NCBI RefSeq assembly: GCF_963921235.1
Contig: NC_086097.1
Span: 95,048,001-95,112,000 of the forward strand
Reading direction: 5' to 3'
DNA length: 64,000 bases
DNA from: Mobula hypostoma
Taxonomy: Eukaryota
The position numbers and the translations under genes were made by a program. Below the pieces are notes generated by a model. That model worked only from the letters and a program-made list of their open reading frames with translations, had not been told where the DNA came from and made no database searches. Positions 51,465 to 64,000 of this stretch are shown piece by piece; the stretch's first letter is position 1, and each line of letters begins with the position of its first letter.

Positions 51465-51775
51465 GTCATACAGGTATATGGCGCAGGAGCACGACCTTTG
51501 GCCCACTGAGTCCATGCTGACCATCAAGCACACAATTGTGCTCAGCGTAGTCTAATCATATTTTATTCTCCCCCCACCCGCCCATTCCCATCCTCCACAC
51601 TCAAACACAGTCTGAGGGCAACTTACAGTGGCTTCTTAACCTACCAAGCCGAATGCCTTTGGGATGTGGGAAAAGAAGATGGAGTCTCCAGAGGAAACCC
51701 CACATACACGGCACTGGAGCTCGGCATTGAACCTGGGCTGCTGGAACTGTGAGCCAGTAGCTTTACCAGCCATGC
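51465..51775 (-). mobile_element. HE1/V-SINE-like SINE
   Basis: CTTTGGGATGTGGGAAAAGAAGATGGAG..CCAGAGGAAACCCCAC; head GCATTGAACCTGGGCTGCTGGAACTGTGAG. Confidence 0.7.
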
Positions 51776-52129
51776 AAATATGCTCAGAAGCAGGAACCCT
51801 TGCTGACTTTCTTCACAACTACCTGTCAGCCCTGATGTTTGTCAGATCCTCTACCTGTTGCCCCAGCAGCAGCAAGCTACTTCATCACCTGTCTGGGCTT
51901 GAGTCCTGGAACTTGCCCAGTCTGCATGGGTTCTCACTGCTACATGTAGTACCTTACTGCAAGAACACACGATGGAGCTTATTGCCAAAGGTCACAGCCT
52001 GAGAATAAGATCAGTCTCAAAGAGCAGAGAAACTTTGGAAATCTATACCCCAGGTGGGATTGGAAGCTTACTGTTCGTTTAAAAGTAAGACATTGGTTTC
52101 TGGACATTAAAGTGATGAAGGGATATAAA

Positions 52130-53070
52130 GTCAAATAGTCATACTGCATGGAAACGGACCTTTTGGACCAACTGAATATGCCAACCAAGGTTCCCATCAA
52201 GGCTAGACCCATTTGCCCATGGTTGGCTCATAGTTCACGAAACCTTTCCTATCCGTGTACCTGGCTAAGTGCCTTTTAGACCATAGACACAGGAGCAGAA
52301 TTAGGCTATTCAGCCCATCGAGTCTGTCTACCATTCCATCACAGCTGATGTACTATCCTTCTCAACCCCATTCTCCTGCCTTCTCCCCATAACTTTTGAC
52401 TCCCCTACTACTCCAGAAGCTGTCAACCTCCGCTTTAAATATACCCTGTGATTTAGCCTCCATAGCCACCAGTGGCAATGAATTCCACAGTTTCACCAGC
52501 CCCTGCCGGAAGAAATTTCTCCTCACCTCTGTTCTAAGGGGATGGTGTTCTATTCTGAGCCTGCATCCTCTGGTCGTAGACTCCCCACTATACTATAGGA
52601 GACATCCGTTCCATGTCAACTCCATAAAGGCCCTTCAATATTCGGTAGATTTCAATGAGATCGCACCCCCTCCAATTCTTCTAAACCCCAACAAGTACAG
52701 TCCCAGAGCCATCAAATGCTCCTCACACATTAACCCTTTCATTCCTGGGATCATTCTCATGAACCTCCTCTGGACCCTCTCCAATGCTAGCACAACATTT
52801 CTTAGATAAGGGGCCCAAAGTAGCTCACAATAGTCTAAATGCAGTCTGACCAATACTTTATAAAGCCTCAGCTTTACATCTTTGCTTTTATATTGTAGTT
52901 TTTCTTCTATAATTTAAATGCTGTTGATGTACATGTCTCAACAACTTCCTATGACAGCTCATCCCATATACCAATACATTTCTTCTTGGTGGAAAAAGTT
53001 GTCCTTTAGACTTCTATTAAGTATGTTCCCTCTCACCTTAAATCTATGTCCTCTAGTTCTTGATTCAACC
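52130..53070 (-). mobile_element. Nested CR1 3' fragments (52280-52900 inside an older CR1 end)
   Basis: VRLHLDYCELLWAPYLRNVVLALERVQRRFMRMIPGMKG; two CR1-type tails at about 52135 and 52280. Confidence 0.85.
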
Positions 53071-54399
53071 CTAGGTATAGGTGAGTGAGACAGTGCAGAA
53101 AAATGGCAGATAGACGATCAGCTATGACAAGATGGATTGCAAGGTAGGCTTGCTCATAACTTCTCTTGACTTTAACTTTGCTTCTTTATTCTGGCAAGTG
53201 GCAGCATTTCAGCTAGAAGAATATGGGTTGCAAGACCATCACAGAGAGCTGAGCATGAAATTCAAGCTAATGCTCTCAGCACAGTACTGAATGAGTTTTG
53301 TGCTGTCAAAGAAGATGTTAAAACAGAACCCAGTTGCTGTCTCGGATTTACAGTATAGTGATGGAAGGTTTCAGCCAGACATTTTGACAGGTGCCAGCTT
53401 TGCATGCCAGTATTCTGTCCTTTTATAAACAACCAACACAGCGTCCACTCTGTGTCTCCCTTTATCTGCAGGTACATTTGAGCAAACAGGGTTTTGGTTA
53501 TGGAAACCCACCAGTACTGGCTCTGTGACCAAAAACGATCTCCTGGCATGTGTTCAATGAATCATTAGATACAATTGCCTCTCACAGTCAGGGTTATCAT
53601 ATCTGTCTTTCTCTTCTGTCATCCATGTCCCTCAGCTCAATGAGAGCCACTGACAGGGCTGTTCATCTGTGTCATTAAGCCTGAAGCCGGAGCCTTGGCT
53701 AATTTTTCACACAATGGCCAGCCTGATGCACAGTGATCAAAAAGAACATCCACTGTGACTAGAACACTCCTCCGATGTTACCATTCAGAGTGGATCATCT
53801 CAAACCAGAGCCCAGAAATAACAGCGACCTCTTTTGTTGCTGAACAGCATCTCTAATTTAATCCATTCAGGACTACTAATCATCCTGTTTACAGAGTCTG
53901 AATGTGTCCTAACTCTGGGAACGCAAGTGAATTTGGACAGGCATGCACTGGAAGACCCTGACTGACAGCTGCTGACAGAGAAATAAAGCAACAAATGTGA
54001 CTTTCACAGTCACCTAAACAACAGGGACATGTACTGCACACTGTCAATTTAACCCTTGTTGTGCAAATGCCTGAGAATTGGGTTTCCTTACCTTGTGTGC
54101 TAAAACATTTTTGTGTTTAGTGCTTGTACCAAAATGGGTCTCCCTCAAAAATAAACTGAAAATAGCAAGTACACACAGAAAGAAGGGTTAAAACATAATG
54201 TAGGGCACTGCCATTAAAGGCATACTTTCCTTGTCAGTCGGACAGCAGCTAAACATATTATAGCTGCCATGAAGGAGGGGTAAGAAGAAAGAAATTCACG
54301 GAGAAAGATGAAGGAGTCTCATCAATCAGATACATCCTGCCGGAGTGGAAAGGTACAGCCAGGTGACTTACCAAAACTATTTTTTGTTTCCCTTGGGAA

Positions 54400-55420
54400 C
54401 AAAATGGGAAATTGCAGGCTGCAGATATTGTGATGAATGGGTGATAGTAGTTAGTACAGGTGTGGTAATAAACAGGAGTCTGCAGTTAGTACAGGTTACT
54501 GTTAAATGGGAGACTGCGGTAAGTAGAGAGCATGTAGCAAATGAAAAATTGTGGTAGTGGAAAGTTTGTACAAGGCATTGTGGTTAATGGGAAACCATTT
54601 AGTGCAGTGTACTGTGGTAATGCAAAGCATATTACTACAAGGTAACATCTTAAATAAGCGAATGCGTAGGAGCCTGTACTTAGTACAGAGTAGTGTCAAC
54701 TGGGAGGCTGTAGTTGGTACACAGTACAGTGGGTAAGGTTAGTACTAACCTTACTACTATACTAGTTAGTACTTGCTTGGACTGCGTTGCCTTAAAAAGC
54801 TGTAGTTACAGGAATGATTTTGTATTAAACGCAAGACTTTATTTAACAACGAGTAGTATGATAACCGTGAGACTGCAGTCAACACAATACAGCATGGTAA
54901 ATACCAGCCTGTGAACAACAGGGTATTCTGATGAATGGAAAATTATCATGTTAAACGGATGTTGTAGTTATTACAAGGCATTGTGCTAACGTGGACGTCA
55001 TAGTTATCACAGCATAACAGTATATTGAGTTAAAAGGGCAGAATAATTAGAATAGATTATTGTGAAGAAGGAGGGTCTGTGGTTGGAGGTTGTAGTTGTT
55101 ATGGGTGTTGTGAGTGACCACAGTTTGAACAGGCTATTTGCAGTATATGGGAGATTGTAAATATTGCAGAATTTTGTGGCAAAATGAAACCAGCCAGTAT
55201 GGAGTATTGTGGCAAATGGGATGTTGCAGTTGGAATAAGACATTCTTGTATGAATAGTTAGTATTACATATTGTGTTAAAAGGGAGTGTTGTTGCTAGAG
55301 GTGTTATGATATATGGGAGACTGTCTTTAGTGCAGATTACTGTTACAAAAGGATTAATATATTGTGGGGAGTGTGAAATGAACTCAATTACATTAACAAC
55401 AGGCAGTCTTGTAAAATAGC
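54400..55420. repeat. Ancient degenerate minisatellite, about 36-bp unit (near AAATGGGAGACTGCAGTTAGTACAGGGTATTGTGGT)
   Basis: Recurrent variants: CAGGAGTCTGCAGTTAGTACAGG, TGGGAGACTGCGGTAAGTAGAG, TGGGAGGCTGTAGTTGGTACAC, TGGGATGTTGCAGTTGG, TGGGAGACTGTCTTTAGTGCAG. Confidence 0.7.
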
Positions 55421-55634
55421 TGCCAACTGATTTATACAAGATCTTTTCCTGTGTGTTGCAGCCCTGGAGACCAGCTCTTTCTATGTCGTAACTTTCGTAG
55501 CACTGAATTGTGATAGTTTACTCTCCTATTCTTGCTGGAAAATAGTTCAACAGTTTTGGGGTCTGTCAGCATATAGCTAGTCTTTATAGATATAAGATGC
55601 TCAATAATGCAGGCCATTATTGTGAAATCCAAGT

Positions 55635-58410
55635 TTACTACCTCTCCTCGGGTACTTCTCCTGTCCCTATCAATGACGCAAAGATCATCGTAAGAGGCTC
55701 AGCAATCTCCTCCCTTGCTTCCCACAGTAGCCTGGGGTATATCTCATCTGGTGTCTTATCTAACTTAATGCTTTTCAAAAGCTCCAGCACATCCTCTTTC
55801 TTAATGTCTATATGCACAAACATTCCAATCGCTGTAAGTCATCCCCTTCAATTGCCAAGGTCTTTTTGCCTGGTGAATACGGAAGCAAAGTATTCATTAA
55901 GTACCTCCTCTACCTCCTCCGACTCTATGCACATGCTTCCACTATCGCACCTGATTGGTCCTATTCTCACACGGCTCATCCTCTTGCTCTTCACAAACTT
56001 GTAGAATGCCTTGGGGTTTTCCTTAATCCTGATCACCAAGGCTTTCTCATGGCCCCTTCTGGCTTTCCTAATTCCATTCTTAAGCTCCTTCCTAGCAATT
56101 TTCTAGGAGCTCTGAGAGTATCTAGTTTCTTGAACCTTTTGTAAGTTTTTCTTTTCTTCTGAACTAGATTTTCTACATCCTTTTCTTTTCTCCTACCATC
56201 CTTTCCCTGCCTCAATGGAATATACCTATGCAGAACTCCCTGTACATTTTCCCTGAACAATTGCCACATGTTGCTATGCATTTCCCTGAAGACATCTGTT
56301 CCTATTTTATGGTCCCAAGTTCCTGCCTAATAGCATCATATTTCCCCCTACCCCAATTAAATATTTTCCCAAATTGTCTGCTCCTATCCCTCTCCAGCAC
56401 TATGGTGAAGGAGATAATAGTTGTGGTCACTACCTCCAAAACACTCTCCCACTGAGAGATCTGACACCTGATCAGGTTCATTTCCCAATACCAGATCAAG
56501 TACAGCCTCTCCTCGAGTTGGCTTATCTACATATTGCATCAGGAGACCTTCTTGAACCACCTAACAAACTCCACCCCATCTAAGCCCTTTGCACTAAGGA
56601 GATGCCAATCAATATTAGGAAAGTTAAAATCTCTCATATCAACAATCCTATTATTATTGCACCGTTCCAGAATCTGCCTCTTTATCTGCTCCTCTATGTC
56701 CCTGTTACCATTGGGGTGTCTATAAAAAACACCCAGTAGAGTTATTGCCCCTTCCCTATTTCTGACCTCCACCCACACTGACTCAGTAGACCATCCCTCC
56801 ATGACTTCCTCCTTTTCTGCAGCCGTGACACTATCCCTGATTAGCAATGCCACGCCCCACCTCTTTTGCCTCCCTCTCTGTTCTTTTTGAAACATCTAAA
56901 GCCCGGCACACTCAGCAGCCATTCCTGCTCCTGAGACATTCAAGTCTCCGTAATGGCCACGTCATAGTTCCATATATTGATCCACGCTCTAAGTTCATCC
57001 GCCTTGTTTATTATAATCCTTGTATTAAAATAGACACATGTCAAACCATCAGGCTGAGTGCATCTTTGCTCTAACATCTGCCTATCTTTCCTCACAAACT
57101 CCCTACAAGCTGTCTCTACTTGTGCTCCAACATCCCCATCCTCTGCCTCTTCCCACCCCCTGCAAATCTAGTTTAAACTCTCCCCAATAGCATTAGCAAA
57201 CCTCCCTGCCAGGATATTGGTCCCCCTCGGATTCAAGAGCAACCCATCCTTTTTGTACAGGTCACACCTGCCCCAGAAGAGGTCCCAATGATCCAAAAAT
57301 CTGAATTTCTGCCTCCTGCATCAATCCTTCAGCCACGCATTTATCCTCCAACTCATTCTATTCCTATACTCAATGTCGTGTGGCATAGGCAGCAATCTCA
57401 AGATTACTACCTTTGAGATCCTGCTTCTCAGCTTTGTTCCTAACTCCCTGTATTCTGCTTTCAGGATCTCTACCATTTTTCTACCTGTGTTGTTGGTACC
57501 AATATGTACCACGACCTCTGGCTGCTCACCCTCCCATTTCATGATATTGTGGACATACTCAAGAACATCATGAACACTGGCACCTGGGAGGCAAACTAGC
57601 ATCCTTGTTTCTTTTATGCACCCACAGAATTGCCCATCTGTCCCCCTAACTACAGAGTCCCCTACTACCGCTGCCACCTTCTCCCATTCCCTACCCTTCT
57701 GAGCCATAGGACCACACCGTGCCAGAGGCACGGCCACTGTTGCTTCCCCCAGGTAGGTCGTTTCCCCCAACAGTACTCAAAATGGAGTTTTTATTGTTAA
57801 GGGGGTCGCCACGGGGGTGCTCTCCACTACCTGATGCCCTCCTTTCCCTCTCCTGACGGTCACCCACTTATCTGTCTCCTGTGGCCTCGGGGTGACTACC
57901 TGCCTGTAGCTCCTGTCTATCATTCCTCACTTTCCCTAACAAGCTGAAGGTCATCGAGCTGCAGTTTGATGCACCTGGTGCAGATGTGGCCATCAGGGAG
58001 GCTGTCTGTCTCCCAGACATCCCACATCTGACACCCAGAACAGAAAACTGGCCTCACAGTCATACCCACTATTTTTGTCAGAGGGGGAAAAAAAAAGTAA
58101 CCTACCTTGCCTAGGCCCGATGAGCCAAAGCCCTACGACTCTGACTTACACTACTCGGACAACAGCTCCTTCAACGACCACTCCGCTAGACAATGACTCT
58201 CTTTTATTTTGGAGCTTTCTTAGCGTCCTTGCGTGATGACGAGCCACTGCGTCTGCCAACTTGTGCGAGGCTCACTCTCTTCGAATCGATTGATCTGCCG
58301 CTAATGCACCAAGCCCTGTGAAATGCTCGTTTTTAAACTTTTCTTCCCTACCTGTGTGAAGCTCTCTCTTCAAATCGATTGGGCCGCCGCTAATATGTTA
58401 AGTCCTTGCA
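55635..58410 (-). mobile_element. CR1 LINE 5' portion: 5' UTR, ORF1 (SGNH esterase), ORF2 endonuclease; RT missing
   Basis: ORF1 VVGDSVVRG..CLPGASV..VVVHIGTNN; ORF2 GVALLIRD..ESVWVEVRN..GVFYRHPN..RDFNFP; IKENPKAFYKFVKSKR. Confidence 0.92.
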
Positions 58411-58585
58411 TTTTATTGCCTGGCTGCACTGTGCTTTCTCTGTAACACTTTCTTTTGAATTCTGTTATTGTTTTTCCCTTGTACTACCTCAACATACTGA
58501 TGTGATGAGATGAACTGTGTAGATAGCATTCAAAACCAAGGCTTTCATGGTACCTCTGTACCCGTGACAATAACAAACCAATTTA
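58410..58585 (+). mobile_element. Rex1-type 3' UTR fragment
   Basis: CTGCACTGTGCTTTCTCTGTAAC...GTGACAATAACAAACCAATT, shared with 27930-28185. Confidence 0.6.
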
Positions 58586-58699
58586 CTAATGTAGGAAACG
58601 ACGCAGCTGGTGCACAGCAAGCTCTCCCAACGAAAAAGTGACATGACCAAGGAAAATGCTTCACTGATGTGAACTTAAGGGGACACCATCCAACAAAAG

Positions 58700-58880
58700 A
58701 GACCCCAAAACATCCTGTCATTTTAACTCTTCCATTCCATTCTGACCACTCTGTCCTCCACCTCCCACACTGCTCCGCCAATGCTGAATGTGAATTTGCA
58801 GAACAGCACGCCCAACATTGTTCAAAAACTTTAAGTAATGAGCATTTGCAGAATTTCCTGCTTTTACTTCAGTTTCCAGC
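58700..58880 (+). mobile_element. Old Penelope GIY-YIG C-terminal remnant
   Basis: PFHSDHSVLHLPHCSANAECEFAEQH parallels HSHSDMSIHGLLYYKDEATLRLEEQH at 45030-45110. Confidence 0.55.
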
Positions 58881-60099
58881 TTCCATCATGCTTTTATTTT
58901 CATTAATTTCAAATAATACATCAGCTTCTTTGATTTTCACCTCATGATTTTTGTTACTACCTGCATTGGCTATAAAGCATGTGAGATGTTTCAGGCACTG
59001 CAGAAATGTAACTTGTTTTCCATCATTAATTCACTGCTGCCCTGAATTTCTCTTTTATTTTTCCTCTTTTTCTCTGTACACTCACAACTTTCCCTTTTCC
59101 TACTTCTAACAAAAGGTTAGCGACCTCCCATGTCTTCTTTCTCCACAGCTTCTATTTTTAGCACTTTCTGTTTTGATATAAATATTGGATAACTTCATGA
59201 TTTTTTAAAGCAAAATCACCTTAGCTTCTTTGTTCAAGCAAACTACTACCACGTTTCTAACCCCTTTTCCTTTCTTAAGTCCTTAGGCACACATAGCTTC
59301 CTGGATTCAGGTGCACACTTCCAGAAAACCTACAGTATTTCTGAAGCCCTTCAATTAGGTTTCCATACCTGCCACAGCACCAAAGGCCATTACAAAACGA
59401 CAAACAGTGCCAACACTTTGACGGTTACTTCATTGACTCTTCAGCTTTTCTGGGATGTTGTGCAACTTTTTTTTCTGTTTATGAACAAGAAACTCTAGGC
59501 AGTTTGTGGGAACACAGAACCTCCAAAGAGATATAATGGAGGAATGTTGGAAACTGGAAATAAAGCTGGCAATATGTTATAAGTTCAGAGATTGGTCCAG
59601 ATGAAAAGTCTTGACCCAAAATGTCTGGATTTCTCCAGCATCTTGATGTTACTACAGATTCCAGCACCTGCAGTCTCTGATGTCACCATTAATCCTGGGT
59701 GCTGGACTAAACATCCAGAGAGAATAGTTCTAATCCTGGCAGTAGAATCTAAATACAGGTATTCAAATCATCTGGAATTACAATAAAATGCTACCTTCAG
59801 TCAGGAGACAAGTGGCTTTCTTTAAGAATGCACCTGATGTCTAATGCCACATATTGAAGTATGTATATCTGATACCCTCTTATCGAGACCAATCTTCTTG
59901 TCACTGCAGGCCCACAGTCAAGTGGCAGACTCTTAAAGACCTTCTGAAATTGCTTTGGATGTATTCCAAGTGCAATGCTAAAGCAGAAAGAGAATCAAGA
60001 GGGATAGACCACTTGGCATCAAGCCAAACACCAGACTTGGACATGGCAGGGCCATTTCAGTTAGCCAGTCCTCCTCACTGGTATCTAACTTTGGAGAAC

Positions 60100-61800
60100 T
60101 ATTGCTCAGAATGATCAGGCCTGATACTGGTGTATTCACAGAATCATACCTTAGAGACAATGTGCCAGACTTCTCCATTACAATCCTTTTGGCCTCTGTG
60201 CTGGCTAAGCTGTTCCTGTACAGTAACAACATTGATCTCTACCCAACAATGTGGGAAATTGCCCCACAATGTCCTATTCAAAAAGAAGTAAGAAGTGAGA
60301 CAAATCAAATCCAGATATTTGTATTGGTTTTGGTATTGATTTATTGTTATCACATGTACCAAGATACAGCGAAAAGCTTTTGTATTCCTGCTATGCAGAT
60401 AGATCATTCCACACACAAGTACATCAAGATAGTACAAAAGGAAAACATAATGCAGAATAGAGTGTTGAAATTACATGGGCCATGACGAGGTAAGACTGGA
60501 AGATCAAGAGCTCACCTTTTAGTGTCTGAGAGGTCCATTCAAGAGTTAGCTAACAGTGAAATAGAAGCTGTCCTTGAGCATCGTGGTACATGGTCTCAAA
60601 CTTTTGTACCTTCTGCCCAATGGAGAAGAAAGAAAGTGAGGGCTCTTTGATCATACTGGCTCTTTTCCTGAGGCAGCGGGAAAGGGAGGCAGAGTCAATA
60701 ACGGGAAGGCTGGCTTGCATGATGCTTGGGCTGCGTTCACAACTCTACAATTTCTTCTTGGGCAGACGGTTACCATACCAAGTTGTAATCCATCTGGAGA
60801 GGAGGCCTTCCATGGTGCATCTGTACAAATAGGTGAGAGACAGCAAAGATATGCTGAATTTCCTTAACCTACTGAAGAATTACAGATGTTGGTGTGCTTT
60901 CTTGGCCACAGAATCCAAGTAACTGGATTTGACCGATTGTGGCAACAACGAGTCCTAGTAAAACTTAAGTCACAGGGGAAAAGACTCTATGGCTGGAGTG
61001 AAACCCTCACTCAAGGGAAAAGTTTGTGTTTGGTTCTCAGAGGTCAATCATCCTGCTCCAGGATATCACTGCAGGAGTTCCTTGGCTACAGTGTCCTAGA
61101 GCTAACTATCTTCGGTTGCTGCATCAATGATCTTCCTTCCATCATAAGGTCAGAAGTTCAGACGAGTGTTGATGTTTGCATAATGATCAATTCCATCTGA
61201 AGCTCCTCAGCAAATGAAGCAAGTACATGAAGCAAGACCTAGATAACATAAGTAGCAAATACTGTTCATGCTCCAGATGTGCTGGGCAATAACCATCTCC
61301 AACAAGACAGATTCTATTCACCTATCCATCACATTCAAAGGCACTGCCATCCTCATACCAGAGCCTGATATCCTGTGTTGACTAATTCACTTTCTAACAC
61401 CACAAAACTTTTCCATCACCCACAAGGAACAAATAAGGAGTGTGATAGAACAATCTTGACTTATCTGGATGATTACAGCTCCAATAACTTCATGATGCTT
61501 GGCATCACCCAAGACAAAATTTTCTATTTGATTACTCCTCCATTCACAACCTTAAGTATTCATTCTCTCTACCACAGTCACATTATAGCTGCAGTGTGTA
61601 CCATCTTCAAAATGTATTACAGCTACTTGCCTGGGCTCCTCTGAGAACCCTTCAAAAACGCGTGACCTTTGGGCCTGGAAGGACGAAGGCAGCATGCACA
61701 TGGGAGTACCACTATCTCCAGGTTTCCCTCAAAGATGCACACAATTCTGACTTGAAAACATATAATATATCCATTCCTGAGGCAAGGTCTCAACTCAGAA
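60100..61800 (+). mobile_element. Old CR1/L2-superfamily LINE remnant, interrupted by Rex1 at 60305-60910
   Basis: FDRLWQQRVLVKL; LTIFGCCINDLPSIIRSEV RT motifs. Confidence 0.65.
60305..60910 (-). mobile_element. Rex1/Babar LINE 3' fragment
   Basis: Reverse complement of the Rex1 tail (TTGATTTATTGTTATCACATGTACC) and C-terminal coding remnant (CCATACCAAGTTGTAATCCATCTGGAGAGG). Confidence 0.75.
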
Positions 61801-61824
61801 CTTCAACTGATGTAGCCTGACTTG

Positions 61825-62100
61825 CTAAGTTCCTCCAGCCAGTCACAACTCCAGTCACCATGTCTTGATAGCAGTCTCCGGAACTGTGTGTGGAGTATGC
61901 GCTCGCTCCCTGTGATCACGTGGATTTCCATCCGGTGCTCCACATCACACTTACTAAAGATATGTGGGCTGGCAGGTGAACTGGCCACTGTAAAATTACT
62001 GGTGTGTGGCAGCAGCTGAGTTGGGGTGTGGGTGGGGGGGTGGGTTGAGCTGATGGGAATGTAAGGGGAAACATATAGTGCCCGTTTCTCTGCTATATGG
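61825..62100 (+). mobile_element. HE1/V-SINE-like SINE
   Basis: TGTGTGTGGAGTATGCGCTCGCTCCCTGTGATCACGTGGATTTCCATCCGGTGCTCC central domain. Confidence 0.6.
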
Positions 62101-62859
62101 CACTTCAGATTAAACCGAAAGTGTCTGGATTTCGGAAGGTAGGAGATGAATCTCAAGAACTAAAAGCCCTGTAAGTAGCAAATGACTGAATTTTTGTTTA
62201 ACTCTTATTTCCCAACAGCATATATCAAGGTGGAAAACAGAGAGCTGATCACTAGCCATTGTGAAGGGAAAATGTTTCAACTCAAACGGAAAGAGCAATC
62301 AGGGAGAGAACTGCATCAACTGAGTCCCAATGGGCTGTTGACAGTTTGTCTCAGCACAGCTCTTTTAAATGAAAACAAAATCAGAGATGCTGCTTGTTTA
62401 ACCGGAAGCTTGGACTCCGTAATGACCAGGATGACTTCACTGAAAAGTGCACACACACGTACACACTATAGCAAGCCCTCAGTCTGCTTATTTCAGTGTT
62501 AGTATATTACAACTATCATCAGAGTCCCCGAGCAGCACTCTTGATTCCTGCTAGAAAATGGGAAATGGAAGGAGGGAGAATATCTTGAAGAAAAGCATGA
62601 AATGGTTGCAGTTAAAATGCACCTACCAACACTTAGTCTCAGCTGAAGCTGTCAATCTCTCCAAGATGGTCCTGGAGTTTCCAGGAGTAAAATTTCTCGG
62701 AATATTTTATTCACAGAGGAAAAGAATCAGAACATCAAAAATATTAAGCACTTACCTTACTTTTTTGAAGAAACTCAATTATTTGTTAAAAATGGATCTA
62801 CAAAAACAAACCTGATCATAGAAACTCATTTTGGGTTCTGCCAAAATCACTCAGCTCTT

Positions 62860-63425
62860 GACCTCATTACAGCCTTAATTTAAACATTCGCAACAGAGCT
62901 GAACTACAAAGGTGAAGTGAGAGGAGCAGCTCTTGACCTTAAGGCAGCACTTGATTGAGTATAGAACTAAGAATCCCTGGGTTTTTGGGAAAAATCTCTA
63001 CTGGTGGGAATCATACCCAGTGCAATGGAAGATGGTTGGAGGTCAATCACCTTTGTCATAGAACATATATGCAGGAGCTCTTCAGGGTAGTGTCTTCAGT
63101 CCAATCATCTTCAGCTGCTTCATCGATGACCTTACTTCACTTGTACGGTCAGGAGGTGGGATATTTGCTGATGATTGCACAATGTTCAACACCATTTGTA
63201 ACTTTTGAAATAATGAAGCAGTCAACATCCAAATGCAGCAAAACCTGGACAATACCCAGGCCTGGGCTGGTAGGTGGCAAAGAAAATTCACTCAAAGCTA
63301 CTGCATTCCAGTGGCAATATACAGTAAAAGAAAATCCACCTATCAACTCCTGGCATTTAATGGCATTACCATCACTGAATCCTCACTATCAATATCCTGG
63401 GAGTTACCATTGATCAGAAACTAAA
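62860..63425 (+). mobile_element. Old LINE RT fragment (same family as 60100-61800)
   Basis: AGALQGSVFSPIIFSCFIDDL..GIFADDCTMF..MQQNLDNTQAWA. Confidence 0.75.
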
Positions 63426-63429
63426 CTGA

Positions 63430-63973
63430 AGGACCAGAGGGATCTTGGGGTCCGAGTCCATAGGACGCTCAAAGCTGCTGCGCAGGTTGACTCTGTGGTT
63501 AAGAAGGCATACAGTGCATTGGCCTTCATCAATCATGGAATTGAGTTTAGGACCAAGAGGTAATGTTGCAGCTAAATAGGACCCTGGTCAGACCCCACTT
63601 GGAGTTCTGTGCTCAGTTCTGGTCACCTTACTATAGGAAGGATGTGGAAACCATAGAAAGCAGAGGAGATTTACAAGGATGTTGCCTGAATTGGGGAGCA
63701 TGCCTTATGAGAATAGGTTGAGTGAACTCGGCCTTTTCTCCTTGGAGCGCCGGAGGATGAGAGGTGATCTGATAGAGGTGTATAAGATGATGAGAGGCAT
63801 TGATCGTGTGGATAGTCAGAGGCATTTTCCCAGGACTGAAATGGCTAGCATGAGAGGGCACAGTACTAAGGGTCTTGAAAGTAGGTACAGAGGGGATGTC
63901 AGGGGTAAGTTTTTTACACAGGGAGTGGTGATTGCGTGGAATGGGTTGCCGGTGATGGTGGTGGAGGCGGATA
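63430..63973 (+). mobile_element. CR1 LINE ORF2 3' fragment (relatively young)
   Basis: QRDLGVRVHRTLK..LVRPHLEFCAQFWSPYYRKDVE..RGDLIEVYKMMRGIDRVD. Confidence 0.92.
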
Positions 63974-64000
63974 CAGACAGACATACTTTATTGATCCCGA
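63974..64000 (-). mobile_element. 3' tail of a Rex1-type element (continues beyond the window)
   Basis: CAGACAGACATACTTTATTGATCCCGA matches the tail at 26865-26900. Confidence 0.65.

Noticed and set aside
59690..60000. Old SINE-like remnant (also 43200-43680)
   Set aside because: Too diverged to assign boundaries or family by eye.
62182..62815. ORFs and splice-like signals (acceptor near 62218; minus-strand donor near 62756)
   Set aside because: The translations resemble no protein I recognise, and the minus-strand candidate exon has stops in all three frames.

Overview
Eukaryotic, repeat-dense, non-coding (intronic or intergenic) DNA. The repeat repertoire (HE1/V-SINE-like SINEs, abundant CR1, Rex1/Babar and Penelope-like elements) points to a cartilaginous fish, probably a ray; this is inference. 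I could not confidently identify any host protein-coding exon, RNA gene or CRISPR array. Nearly all recognisable ORFs are decayed transposon fragments. Contents: two copies of one Gypsy LTR family, a near full-length Rex1/Babar LINE, many CR1 fragments, a full-length Tc1 with TA target duplication, a Tc1 deletion derivative, a MER2/Tigger-like MITE, two Penelope-like elements, several SINEs and non-autonomous LINE derivatives, and several minisatellites. Most notable: (i) an apparently intact minimal hammerhead ribozyme at the 3' end of a young Penelope element (45465-45502), with decayed copies elsewhere; (ii) short fold-back Penelope derivatives whose inversion junctions fall in or next to the ribozyme hairpin; (iii) a MITE closely resembling mammalian MER2; (iv) a 29/58-bp higher-order minisatellite; (v) deep nested insertions that order transposon activity in time. 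I found no convincing evidence of a wholly new biological system. All family names come from motif recognition by eye, not database searches, and boundaries of old fragments are approximate.
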